Source of the DNA: Microcoleus sp.
GTDB taxonomy: Bacteria; Cyanobacteriota; Cyanobacteriia; Cyanobacteriales; Microcoleaceae
Reading direction: 5' to 3'
Assembly: GCA_042408215.1 (NCBI GenBank)
Contig: JAYFMW010000020.1
Location: 576,001-640,000 of the forward strand
Length of the DNA: 64,000 nucleotides
Part shown: piece after piece, positions 53,057 to 61,645 of the stretch
Numbering within the stretch: the stretch's first letter is position 1
Layout of the letters: each line of letters opens with the position of its first letter
Notes under the pieces: generated by a model
Databases searched by the model: none
Seen by the model: the letters and a program-made list of their open reading frames with translations, nothing else
What the model was told of the DNA's origin: nothing
Translations under genes and position numbers: made by a program

Positions 53057-53407
53057 CTAACGGTGACTGAGCGCAGTCGAAGTGTTGTTGGCCAACAGTG
53101 ACTGCTCCCCAGATTGGTTTAACATCTGACTAGAAGGAGACCTTTGTGGGGAGCTATATTTTCTCATGCCGATCGGATCGCCGGCTGCTAAGTTGGCAAC
53201 CAATAAAAACAGCACCCAAAAGATATTGGTTTCCCAGGCTGGGGCTGCTTTTTTCGGTGGTTCTGGGGTTGTGACTGACTCGACGTTAATTTTGATGTCT
53301 AGTTTGCCTTCAATCTCTTTGCCTTTGAGAACTCCGTCTTTGCACACGCCCTTAAACGTCATCGGAGCGGGTTTTGTGGCTTCTGGTTTTGCTGCTTCGT
53401 CTGCCAT
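53057..53407 (-). CDS. Hypothetical protein with one hydrophobic segment
   Basis: 116-aa ATG ORF with AGGA upstream; no recognisable family. Confidence 0.55.
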   Translation of the reverse strand: MADEAAKPEATKPAPMTFKGVCKDGVLKGKEIEGKLDIKINVESVTTPEPPKKAAPAWETNIFWVLFLLVANLAAGDPIGMRKYSSPQRSPSSQMLNQSGEQSLLANNTSTALSHR

Positions 53408-53848
53408 TTTTGTGTCCTGGTTTTGGTAGATTCGGTTGGATAGTAAATTCTCAGAGGTTCGGGGGGTTTTCGGGAAAGGATTACGAATTACTCTGAGAGA
53501 ATTAAGTTCAACAAGTACCCCTAACCCTTGCTGGGTATTGAAAATGACAACCTGAAGGCATTTCCAGCTAGTGCTGGTTGTTGTCGGTTGACAACTTTGC
53601 TTTGAAGCTGCTACTTATATATCGGGAGCAAGGGCTGGTTTTTATGCAAAATACGGGGTTTTTATACAAAAATTTATTTAACTGGTTCCCAGGCTCTTGC
53701 GGGAAGTAGAAATTCGAGGCTCTTCCTCCCGATCGCCGTTACCAGGCTCTGACTGGAAGTACAACGAGTAGATACAGCAGATTGCCGGTTTATGAAGTAC
53801 ACCCGCCTATCGATCAATCCCCGTAGGGACACTCCCAGATCCCAAGGA

Positions 53849-54036
53849 GTGTCAACAACCAGCTCAAACCCAGTCACAGATGGCTGTTTGACCATTAAGC
53901 CTAGATCCCCCCTAGCCCCCCTTAAGAAGGGGGGAACCGGAAATGGATCAAAGTCCCCCTTCTTAAGGGGGATTTAGGGGGATCTAGACTTGGCTATGAA
54001 CGAGAGATACCAAGGCTTTCAGGCTTAAGTTGACAC
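53849..54036. mobile_element. MITE-like GTGTCAAC-family element (copy 4), nested in a REP
   Basis: GTGTCAAC...GTTGACAC ends; flanked by GTAGGGACAC (53823) and GTCCCTAC. Confidence 0.75.
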
Positions 54037-54171
54037 TAATGGGCAAAGCCTAAGTCCCTACTGACTGGAAGTAGAACGAGTAGATATAGATCTCGATCGC
54101 GCGATCGCACTTTTGCCTTCTTCCTTCTTTCTTCTTCCTTCTTCCTTCTTCCTTCTTCCTTCGGCGATACT

Positions 54172-55098
54172 TTGAAAATACCCACTACCAAACTATCTTC
54201 CCTGCAACCAGAACAACTGGAAGCTTGGGCAACAGAGGCCATTAATCGCAGTCTGTCCGGTCAAATCCCCGCGTACATACCCCTGCTAGTTCAAGCCGAT
54301 AAAAGTGAGTTTACCGTGCAAATTAGGGCAATTGACGGTGAATTTATGGGCTTTGGTAGGGCAGATAAAACCTTCCCGCTGATGAGCGTAGTCAAGCCTT
54401 TTGTAATGCTTTATTTGCTATGTGAATTGGGAGAAACAGCGGTATTTGAGAGGGTTGGCTGCGAACCTTCGGAACTACCTTTCAATTCCCTGACTCAACT
54501 CCAAATAGACAAAGGGAAGCCGAGAAATCCGATGATTAATAGCGGGGCGATCGCCCTAGGGTCTTTGATTCCCGGTGAAAATGCTGTCACCCGCTGTCAA
54601 AATCTGGGAACTTGGCTGAATCTACAGGCAAATAGTCAGTTATTTGTGGATGAGTTAATGCTCGATTCAGTCAAGGCAAATCCTAATCAAAATAATGGGA
54701 ATCTTGCATTAGAAATGGTAAAATTTGGTGTTATTCAAGATGCCGAAATCGCTTTGGAAACCTACAATCGCGTTTGCTGTTTGTCGGGAACTGTGGAGGA
54801 TTTGGCTAAGCTGGGAATGCTCTTGGTAAATAGTGGCGATCGCACAATCTCAGAACAAGGCCGCACAGTCAAAGCATTGATGGCAACTTGTGGCTTATAT
54901 CAGGCATCGGGACGCTTTGCGGTGCGGGTGGGATTGCCTACCAAATCGGGAGTTAGCGGGGCTGTACTGTCGGTGATTCCGGGTCAAGGGGCGATCGCCT
55001 GTTACAGCCCCCCTCTGGATCGAGAGGGAAATTCTGTCGGCGGTTTGTTTCTGTTAGAACAAATAGCGAAATCTCTGGGACTGAGTGTATTTGAGTAG
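54172..55098 (+). CDS. glsA: Glutaminase
   Basis: AYIPLL, catalytic SVVKPF, PFNS, NPMINSGAI, GLPTKSGVSG, SPPLD..GNS. Confidence 0.93.
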   Translation: MKIPTTKLSSLQPEQLEAWATEAINRSLSGQIPAYIPLLVQADKSEFTVQIRAIDGEFMGFGRADKTFPLMSVVKPFVMLYLLCELGETAVFERVGCEPSELPFNSLTQLQIDKGKPRNPMINSGAIALGSLIPGENAVTRCQNLGTWLNLQANSQLFVDELMLDSVKANPNQNNGNLALEMVKFGVIQDAEIALETYNRVCCLSGTVEDLAKLGMLLVNSGDRTISEQGRTVKALMATCGLYQASGRFAVRVGLPTKSGVSGAVLSVIPGQGAIACYSPPLDREGNSVGGLFLLEQIAKSLGLSVFE

Positions 55099-55212
55099 AT
55101 AGGCTTACCCATCGGGTACCAAAAACCCGGTTTCTGCGTTAGCATTGGTGAAAAAAACGACAATTTTTCAAAGAAACCGGGTTGTTTGCGTCCACGACTA
55201 ATAGAAAAGAGA

Positions 55213-55590
55213 TGGACTAAATTGCCCAAAAATTTACTAAACTTAGTCATACTTAACTTGACTGATTAACATTGTGGGCAGTATGATTACACCAATGCCT
55301 AAAAAAGGCTTAATTATCTGGTTTGTAAACCACAGTTTTGTCAAAACTGACCAGCCTGTAAAAAGGTCGAACGGGAGTCCGCGTTTCGTTAAATTGGTTG
55401 AAAATAGTGGGTGACTCATGGCTAAAAGCTTCAACTAAGATTAATTAAATTAGGGTGGGCTACACCCGAATTAACGCCTGTGGACAAGAATGAGCCGACT
55501 CCCTTGGATGAAACAGGAAGCAGACCCTTCAGAAGTAATTCTGATTGAATGGTGAGACTTAAATAAGTTTAGCCAAGTTTTGTGTAGCAG
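55213..55590 (+). mobile_element. Putative IS607-type non-autonomous element carrying a TnpB omegaRNA scaffold
   Basis: Left AAATTTACTAAACTTAG repeats, TTGACT-18-TATGAT promoter, tnpB-3'-like GGGCTACACCCGAATTAACGCCTGTGGA...GATGAAACAGGAAG, right end AAGTTTAGCCAAGTTTTGTGTAGCAG; left boundary approximate. Confidence 0.6.
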
Positions 55591-55664
55591 CTGTTCCGAT
55601 GTAGACGCCAAACGGTAAAATGGACTGTTGTATATAGGTTATATAGAGCAGGAGAACATTTTCA

Positions 55665-55865
55665 GTGGCAATAGAAGTAGGACAGAAAGTTAAGGTGCGC
55701 CGTCTCAGAGATCGGATACCTGCAAATATCGTGAGCAAGTTGAAAACGAATCCAGTAGGTACTGTGGACAGCTTCAAAATGGTTGACGGTAGTGGAGTCG
55801 GTTTGGTTGTTAAGTTTGACGGTTTTGCGACTTGGTTTTTTGAAGACGAACTCGAAGCCGTTTAG
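55665..55865 (+). CDS. petP: Cytochrome b6f-associated PetP (DUF2862)
   Basis: GQKVKVRRLRDR...FKMVDGSGVG...TWFFEDEL; AGGAG RBS. Confidence 0.85.
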   Translation: MAIEVGQKVKVRRLRDRIPANIVSKLKTNPVGTVDSFKMVDGSGVGLVVKFDGFATWFFEDELEAV

Positions 55866-56186
55866 CAGAAGGAAGAGGAGAGAAGGAAGAGGTTCGGCAA
55901 CGGATTCTGTAACGGATTTAACGGATTTAACGGATTTAATGGAGGTCGGGAAGAAGGAAAAAGGAAGAAAAATTTTCTAACTCTCCCCTTCTCCCTTTCT
56001 CCCCTTCTCTCCTTCTCCGACTCTCCCGACTCTGCAACTCTTCAGAAAGATAGGTGGCACGGGCTGGAAATGACCGTTAATATGGTCGGTATTGTCCGCG
56101 AAAGTACGGCCAGTGAGCGATCGTTGGGAAATCGCCCTGGCTGAGAATTGCGGTGAAATATTAAGCTTTGGGGCTGAAAACAGAAA

Positions 56187-57284
56187 ATGGCTTTGATTTT
56201 AACATTTTTGGGTAAAGGTGGCACTGGCCGTAGCACGATCGCGATCGCAACTGCGAAGAAATATGCGGCTCAAGGCAAGCGAGTTCTGCTGCTGAGTCAA
56301 GATCCGGGGCCGGGATTGGGGATTTTGTTGGGAACTCCCCTGACTTCCACCCCCCAAGAAATCGCCCCGAATTTCAAAGCAGTTCAGGTACAAAGCGCGC
56401 CAATGCTGGAACGTAGATGGGACGAGGTGAAAAAGTTGGAAGCCCAATATGTCCGCACGCCCTTTTTTAAGCAGATTTATGGCCAAGAATTGGGGGTGTT
56501 ACCGGGAATGGACAGCGCGCTGGCTTTGAATGAACTGCGGGAATATGACGAAAGCAAACAATATGATGCGATCGTTTATGATGGCACCGGCGGGATGGAT
56601 ACGCTACGGATGCTGGGAATGCCGGAAATTTTGAGTTGGTACATTCGCCGATTCCGCCAAGCTTTGGTAGATTCTGATTTGGGTAAAGCTTTATCGCCTT
56701 TTATTCAACCGGTGGTTAGTACGGTTTTGAATGTGGATATGTCGGGGGACAATGCTACTAAGTCTACCCAACAAGTCGATAATTTTTTGGATAAGGGCAA
56801 GGAAGTCGCTGGCAAATCCGAACCGCACGGCGGCTTATTTGGTGACGACTGCGAGATGCAAGTGCGATCGCCACAGCCCGCTATTTGTGGGGAAGTTCTC
56901 AACAGAGTTGGTTTGACTGTGGGCGGTGTGATTGTCAATCAAGCGCCGATTACAAAAACTATAGCGGCGGATTTTGAGCCTTTGACAGCAGTTTCGGTGC
57001 CGGCGCACAGCGATAATAATTGGCAGCCACTAATTGATGCTTTGCCAGATTTTTCTGAGGCGACAAGAGCTCCTAAGCCGATCGACATAAATATTGCACA
57101 ACGTCAAGTTAGTTTATTTTTGCCCTCCTTTGACAAGAAACAAATTAAATTGATTCAATCTGGGCCGGAAGTGACGATCGAAGCCGGCGATCAGCGGCGT
57201 AATATTTTGTTACCTCCGCAGCTAACTGGAAAATCAGTTACAGGTGCTAAATTCCAGAATGGTTATTTGATTATTTCTTTTTAG
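56187..57284 (+). CDS. ArsA/GET3-like ATPase with C-terminal HSP20-like domain; three compensating +1 indels at 56808-56906
   Basis: TFLGKGG, ELGVLPGMD, EVTIEAGDQRRNI; the conserved-looking AYLVTT and [10 protein letters not shown] segments lie in shifted frames. Confidence 0.88.
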   Translation: MALILTFLGKGGTGRSTIAIATAKKYAAQGKRVLLLSQDPGPGLGILLGTPLTSTPQEIAPNFKAVQVQSAPMLERRWDEVKKLEAQYVRTPFFKQIYGQELGVLPGMDSALALNELREYDESKQYDAIVYDGTGGMDTLRMLGMPEILSWYIRRFRQALVDSDLGKALSPFIQPVVSTVLNVDMSGDNATKSTQQVDNFLDKGKEVAGKSEPHGGLFGDDCEMQVRSPQPAICGEVLNRVGLTVGGVIVNQAPITKTIAADFEPLTAVSVPAHSDNNWQPLIDALPDFSEATRAPKPIDINIAQRQVSLFLPSFDKKQIKLIQSGPEVTIEAGDQRRNILLPPQLTGKSVTGAKFQNGYLIISF

Positions 57285-57299
57285 GGTAAGTTCGCCGGC

Positions 57300-57500
57300 G
57301 GGAACGGGTTTATTTATCTTTTATAATTCCCGTTGGGGCGGGTTTCACCAACCATAATCGGCTGAAACAAACAATCTCTAAAACCCGCCCCAACCCAACC
57401 AACAATCGAAATGTACATTCAGATTTATGGTGGGGCGGGGGCGGGTTTATATGGATTGTTAGTCATCATTATATATGGTTGGTAAAACCCGCCCCTACCG
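57300..57500. repeat. GGGGCGGGTTT...AAACCCGCCCC REP-like cluster
   Basis: Two inverted pairs; the family also occurs at 38880-38940. Confidence 0.7.
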
Positions 57501-57561
57501 CAATGTACATTCAACCCCAAAATCTGCTACAATCTGCAATAACACATCACCCACCCAGCCA

Positions 57562-60500
57562 ATGTTCCGACAAATTTGGCAACGCATCCTCAACCTGTGG
57601 CGGCAAATTCAGCGGCGCTTCCGCAAACAACCAGCACCCCAACCGCCAAAGCCAACTCCGCGCTCTTTTGGGGAATACGAACAGAAATTCATGGCACTGT
57701 TAGAGGGTGTTGCAGAAGGCTGGAGTCGGGGCGAAATTAAAGGCTTTTTAATCGGTAGCAAAATCAATGATGCTGAGTGGGAAAACTGGCTGCAAGAATT
57801 TGGAGGAAGGTTGCTGGTATCGCCGGAAACGCATTTAGAGTTGGGTGGGCGGATGGTGCGGCTGGGTGAGATGAATTGCGGGAGAATTAGTGAGGTTGCT
57901 GGGAATATTGGTAGGCAATTGTTGGCACCCGTAAAAGCCGAAGAAACCGGGGTTTTTCCTGTTTCTGGGGGTGGTAACGAAGTATTTCCGCAAAACATCC
58001 CGGTTTCTGACAACCCGCCCCCAAAGCGTAAAGGAGAAGTCAGCCAACAGGCTATAGAATTATTTAACCAAGGAGTCGATCGCTATTATGCAGGAGATTT
58101 AGCAGGGGCGATCGCAGCCTTCGAGAAAGCCTTAGAAATTGACCCCAAATTCGACTATGCCTGGAACGGGCTAGGCGCTACCCTAAGAGGTTTGGGCCGC
58201 AACACTGAGGCGATCGCAGCCTTCGAGACAGCCTTAGAAATTGACCCCGAATCCCACGGTGCCTGGAACGGGCTGGGCAATGCCCTAAATGATTTGGGCC
58301 GCAACACAGAGGCGATCGCAGCCTTCGAGAAAGCCTTAGAAATTGACCCCAAATCCCACATTGTCTGGAACGGGCTGGGCAATGCCCTAAATAGTTTGGG
58401 CCGCAACACAGAGGCGATCGCAGCCTACGAGAAAGCCTTAGAAATTGACCCCAAATTCCACCATGCCTGGAACGGGCTGGGCGCTACCCTAAAAGATTTG
58501 GGCCGCAACACAGAGGCGATCGCAGCCTACGAGAAAGCCTTAGAAATTGACCCCAAATTCCACCATGCCTGGAACGGGCTGGGCGCTACCCTAAGAGGTT
58601 TGGGCCGCAACACTGAGGCGATCGCAGCCTTCGAGAAAGCCTTAGAAATTGACCCCAAATTCCACTTAGCCTGGAACGGGCTGGGCGCTACCCTAAGAGA
58701 TTTGGGCCGCAACACTGAGGCGATCGCAGCCTACGAGAAAGCCTTAGAAATTACAGGCGATCAATTCTGGGCAGCTTGGGCTAATCGAGGTTGGGCATTT
58801 TTCTACTCAGAGCGCTACTTTGAAGCAATTCAAAACTGGGATGAAGGCTTACAGAAATATCTCCCCAGCAACCACGACTATCGCCTCGCTTGTGGCCAAT
58901 TGCACTATCAAAAAGGCCAAGCACACTACAAACACGGCAAACAAACAGCCACAGATTTTGACTCTTTCCACAAAGCCAAAGCCAGCTACGAACAAGCCCG
59001 CGAATTCTTGAAATCACCCCTGATTCCAGAAACTTATTTAGAAGTAATGCAAGACTTAATTACCGTCTGCCGCAGCTTGGGAGATGCCAAAGCCAGCGAG
59101 TACCTTGTCGAAGCTACTACCGTCTTAGAAAATATAATTTTAGACGATGAAACTCACCCCGAAATCAAACAGCGACTCCAGCGCAATTTTGCCGGACTTT
59201 ACCAACTAGAAGTTGATATGTTTGTCGAGGCTGGCGACAAAGTAAATGCACTCGAAAAAGCGGAATCGCGGAAAAACTTTTGCCTGCAATGGATGCGCGC
59301 AACTTCGCCAAACCGCACCGCCAGCCCGACTTATTCCCAAATCCGAGATTTACTCACAAACAACACCGCAACCGCGATTATTTACTGGCATCTCAGCCCA
59401 GTTTCCCTGACTGCTTTTATCATTACCCTAGAAAAGTTTGAAACCATCGCCACACCTCTCACCGATTTATTCGCAAAGCGCAACAGTCACAGTTTAGAAA
59501 AATGGCTAGAAAACTGGAAAACCAACTATCAAAACTACTGCCAAACTACTAACAAACAGCAAAGCAAAGAATCCCATCCCTGGCGCGAGTCAATGACAGC
59601 CCAATTGCCACAACTCGCTGACATCCTGAAAATTCCCGAAATTTGTACGCACCTCACCAATATCCAAAACTTAATCTTAATTCCCCACCGCGACTTGCAC
59701 CTGTTGCCGCTAGATGCCCTGTTTCTGCCTCCCTTCCCACTGGAGGGGGTAGGCACGGGGGGGGTAGGCACGGGGGCACTACCCCTACAGAACCCTGGTA
59801 GGGGCAATCCCCCCGTGGTTGCCCCCAAAATCCGCACAATCACCCGCCTCCCCAGTGCACAAATTGCGATCGAACAGCAACAGCAAAACCCCAGGAAAAT
59901 TGCGCCCAATTCAATGCTGATGGTAGAGCACTCCCAGGGCAAAAGCGGATTAAAATTCACCCAAATCGAAGCAGCCGCCATCAAACAAATTAACCCAACT
60001 AATCGCGCCTCGAATGCAACCACTAAAACCGCAATTATTGAAGCATTAAAAACTAATAGTGGCATCTTTCATTATGCAGGTCACGCCTACCACAACACCG
60101 AAAAATCCGAGAATTCTGCCTTACTTTTAGGCACCGGCGAAGAATTGACATTGACCGACATTTTGCAGTTAAAATTTGTCAATTATTACCTAGTCTGCCT
60201 CAGCGCTTGCGAAACTGGTATCACCAAGAAAGGCGAGTTAATCGATGAATTCGTCGGCATAGCCAGTGGCTTTTTGCCGGAGACTAATTATGTGATCAGC
60301 ACTCTGTGGCGAGCGGAAGAACGTTCTAGCGCCTTCTTAATGATTTATTTCTACCAGTTATGGAAGCAGGGAATCCAGCCGCCTGAAGCCCTGCAACAAG
60401 CCAAAGATTGGCTCCGACAACTGACGAATGGTAAGCTAGGTGAGTGGTACGCGGGAGAGTTGTTGCCTTTGCTGAGAGAGGCTGAGTTTGACAACAAAGT

Positions 60501-60624
60501 TGATATTTTATTCTCCTGTGGAATTGATGCCTCAATTCTGCAAGAAAATTTAGCTACAATAGATGAGAAACCCTACGAGCATCCTTACTACTGGGCTGCT
60601 TTTAACATTACCGGGAACGGCTAA
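57562..60624 (+). CDS. TPR-repeat CHAT (caspase-like) protease
   Basis: Near-identical 34-aa TPRs; CHAT motifs LILIPH, HYAGHA (His), LSACETG (Cys), ISTLW, HPYYWAAF; ATG 57562 preferred. Confidence 0.93.
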   Translation: MFRQIWQRILNLWRQIQRRFRKQPAPQPPKPTPRSFGEYEQKFMALLEGVAEGWSRGEIKGFLIGSKINDAEWENWLQEFGGRLLVSPETHLELGGRMVRLGEMNCGRISEVAGNIGRQLLAPVKAEETGVFPVSGGGNEVFPQNIPVSDNPPPKRKGEVSQQAIELFNQGVDRYYAGDLAGAIAAFEKALEIDPKFDYAWNGLGATLRGLGRNTEAIAAFETALEIDPESHGAWNGLGNALNDLGRNTEAIAAFEKALEIDPKSHIVWNGLGNALNSLGRNTEAIAAYEKALEIDPKFHHAWNGLGATLKDLGRNTEAIAAYEKALEIDPKFHHAWNGLGATLRGLGRNTEAIAAFEKALEIDPKFHLAWNGLGATLRDLGRNTEAIAAYEKALEITGDQFWAAWANRGWAFFYSERYFEAIQNWDEGLQKYLPSNHDYRLACGQLHYQKGQAHYKHGKQTATDFDSFHKAKASYEQAREFLKSPLIPETYLEVMQDLITVCRSLGDAKASEYLVEATTVLENIILDDETHPEIKQRLQRNFAGLYQLEVDMFVEAGDKVNALEKAESRKNFCLQWMRATSPNRTASPTYSQIRDLLTNNTATAIIYWHLSPVSLTAFIITLEKFETIATPLTDLFAKRNSHSLEKWLENWKTNYQNYCQTTNKQQSKESHPWRESMTAQLPQLADILKIPEICTHLTNIQNLILIPHRDLHLLPLDALFLPPFPLEGVGTGGVGTGALPLQNPGRGNPPVVAPKIRTITRLPSAQIAIEQQQQNPRKIAPNSMLMVEHSQGKSGLKFTQIEAAAIKQINPTNRASNATTKTAIIEALKTNSGIFHYAGHAYHNTEKSENSALLLGTGEELTLTDILQLKFVNYYLVCLSACETGITKKGELIDEFVGIASGFLPETNYVISTLWRAEERSSAFLMIYFYQLWKQGIQPPEALQQAKDWLRQLTNGKLGEWYAGELLPLLREAEFDNKVDILFSCGIDASILQENLATIDEKPYEHPYYWAAFNITGNG
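58108..58752 (+). repeat. 102-bp tandem repeats encoding TPRs
   Basis: HIP1 sites at 58108, 58210, 58312, 58414, 58516, 58618 and 58720. Confidence 0.95.
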
Positions 60625-60630
60625 ACTAAC

Positions 60631-61062
60631 ATGACTTCTCAAGAATCTACCTTATCGGGATTTAATCAGTTTGCACCCAAAGCTTTTTTAATCGCCCTCG
60701 CGAGATTTGAAGCTCCTCTTTCGCCTGAGTTGATAGCTGAAGTGAATGAAGTTGGTGAGGCTTTGGTGAATGGCGAGTTACAAAAAGCGTCTCAACTTAT
60801 TATTATAGCTCAAAAAGATGCTGCTTTTTATCAAGATTTTGAGCTGGCATTTAAGGAGTTGAAGACAATTCACGGCAAGAAAGAGAACGAAAAGAATAAG
60901 TATATGGCTGAGTTGGATGAAAATACTCCGCCACGCCAGACTGATGATTATAATAATTTTTTGGCGCCTCCTTTGACTAATTCTAATCCGCAGAGTGTGG
61001 CGAAGCGGTTGTTGGGAAAGGCTACTGATTTGGTGGAACGGGTTTATCGGTTGAGGTTTTGA
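60631..61062 (+). CDS. Small alpha-helical protein coupled to the CHAT gene
   Basis: Starts 6 nt after the CHAT stop; 143 aa. Confidence 0.8.
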   Translation: MTSQESTLSGFNQFAPKAFLIALARFEAPLSPELIAEVNEVGEALVNGELQKASQLIIIAQKDAAFYQDFELAFKELKTIHGKKENEKNKYMAELDENTPPRQTDDYNNFLAPPLTNSNPQSVAKRLLGKATDLVERVYRLRF

Positions 61063-61087
61063 TTTAAGGGCGCTTGGTGGAGATTAC

Positions 61088-61619
61088 CGGAGGCCACCCG
61101 GCGGTTGAAACCGCGGCTACACAAACGATGTCCGCCTTCGCGGACTAAGAGATTACCCGGCGGTTGAAACCGTGGCTACACACGGAGGCCACCCGGCGGT
61201 TGAAACCGCGGCTACACAAACGATGTCCGCCTTCGCGGACTAAGAGATTACCCGGCGGTTGAAACCGTGGCTACACACGGAGGCCACCCGGCGGTTGAAA
61301 CCGCGGCTACACAAACGATGTCCGCCTTCGCGGACTAAGAGATTACCCGGCGGTTGAAACCGTGGCTACACACGGAGGCCACCCGGCGGTTGAAACCGCG
61401 GCTACACAAACGATGTCCGCCTTCGCGGACTAAGAGATTACCCGGCGGTTGAAACCGTGGCTACACAAACGATGTCCGCCTTCGCGGACTAAGAGGTAGA
61501 TTGGTATTTGAGGTGACTCGGTAATTTATAACCGCCGAATGAACGAGATTTAATGTTATTCTTCAGTCCGCGTAGGCGGACTTGGTTTGTGTAGACGCGG
61601 TTTCAACCGCCGGGTAATT
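61088..61619. repeat. 95-bp tandem amplification of a REP/MITE left arm plus a single inverted right arm
   Basis: Core ACCCGGCGGTTGAAACCGYGGCTACACA at 61096, 61155, 61191, 61250, 61286, 61345, 61381 and 61440; inverted copy at ~61565-61619. Confidence 0.92.
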
Positions 61620-61645
61620 TTATGTAACCATCAGAAACAGATTTT

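Noticed and set aside
56808..56906. Novel Cys-containing insert (GKSEPHGG...AICGEVL) in the ArsA-like protein
   Set aside because: It is out-of-frame reading caused by three +1 indels.
61088..61495. CRISPR array (repeat contains GTTGAAAC)
   Set aside because: The intervening sequences are two fixed linkers (about 31 and 8 nt) repeated identically, not unique spacers. An inverted arm follows, the same unit is a REP at 9581, and there are no cas genes.
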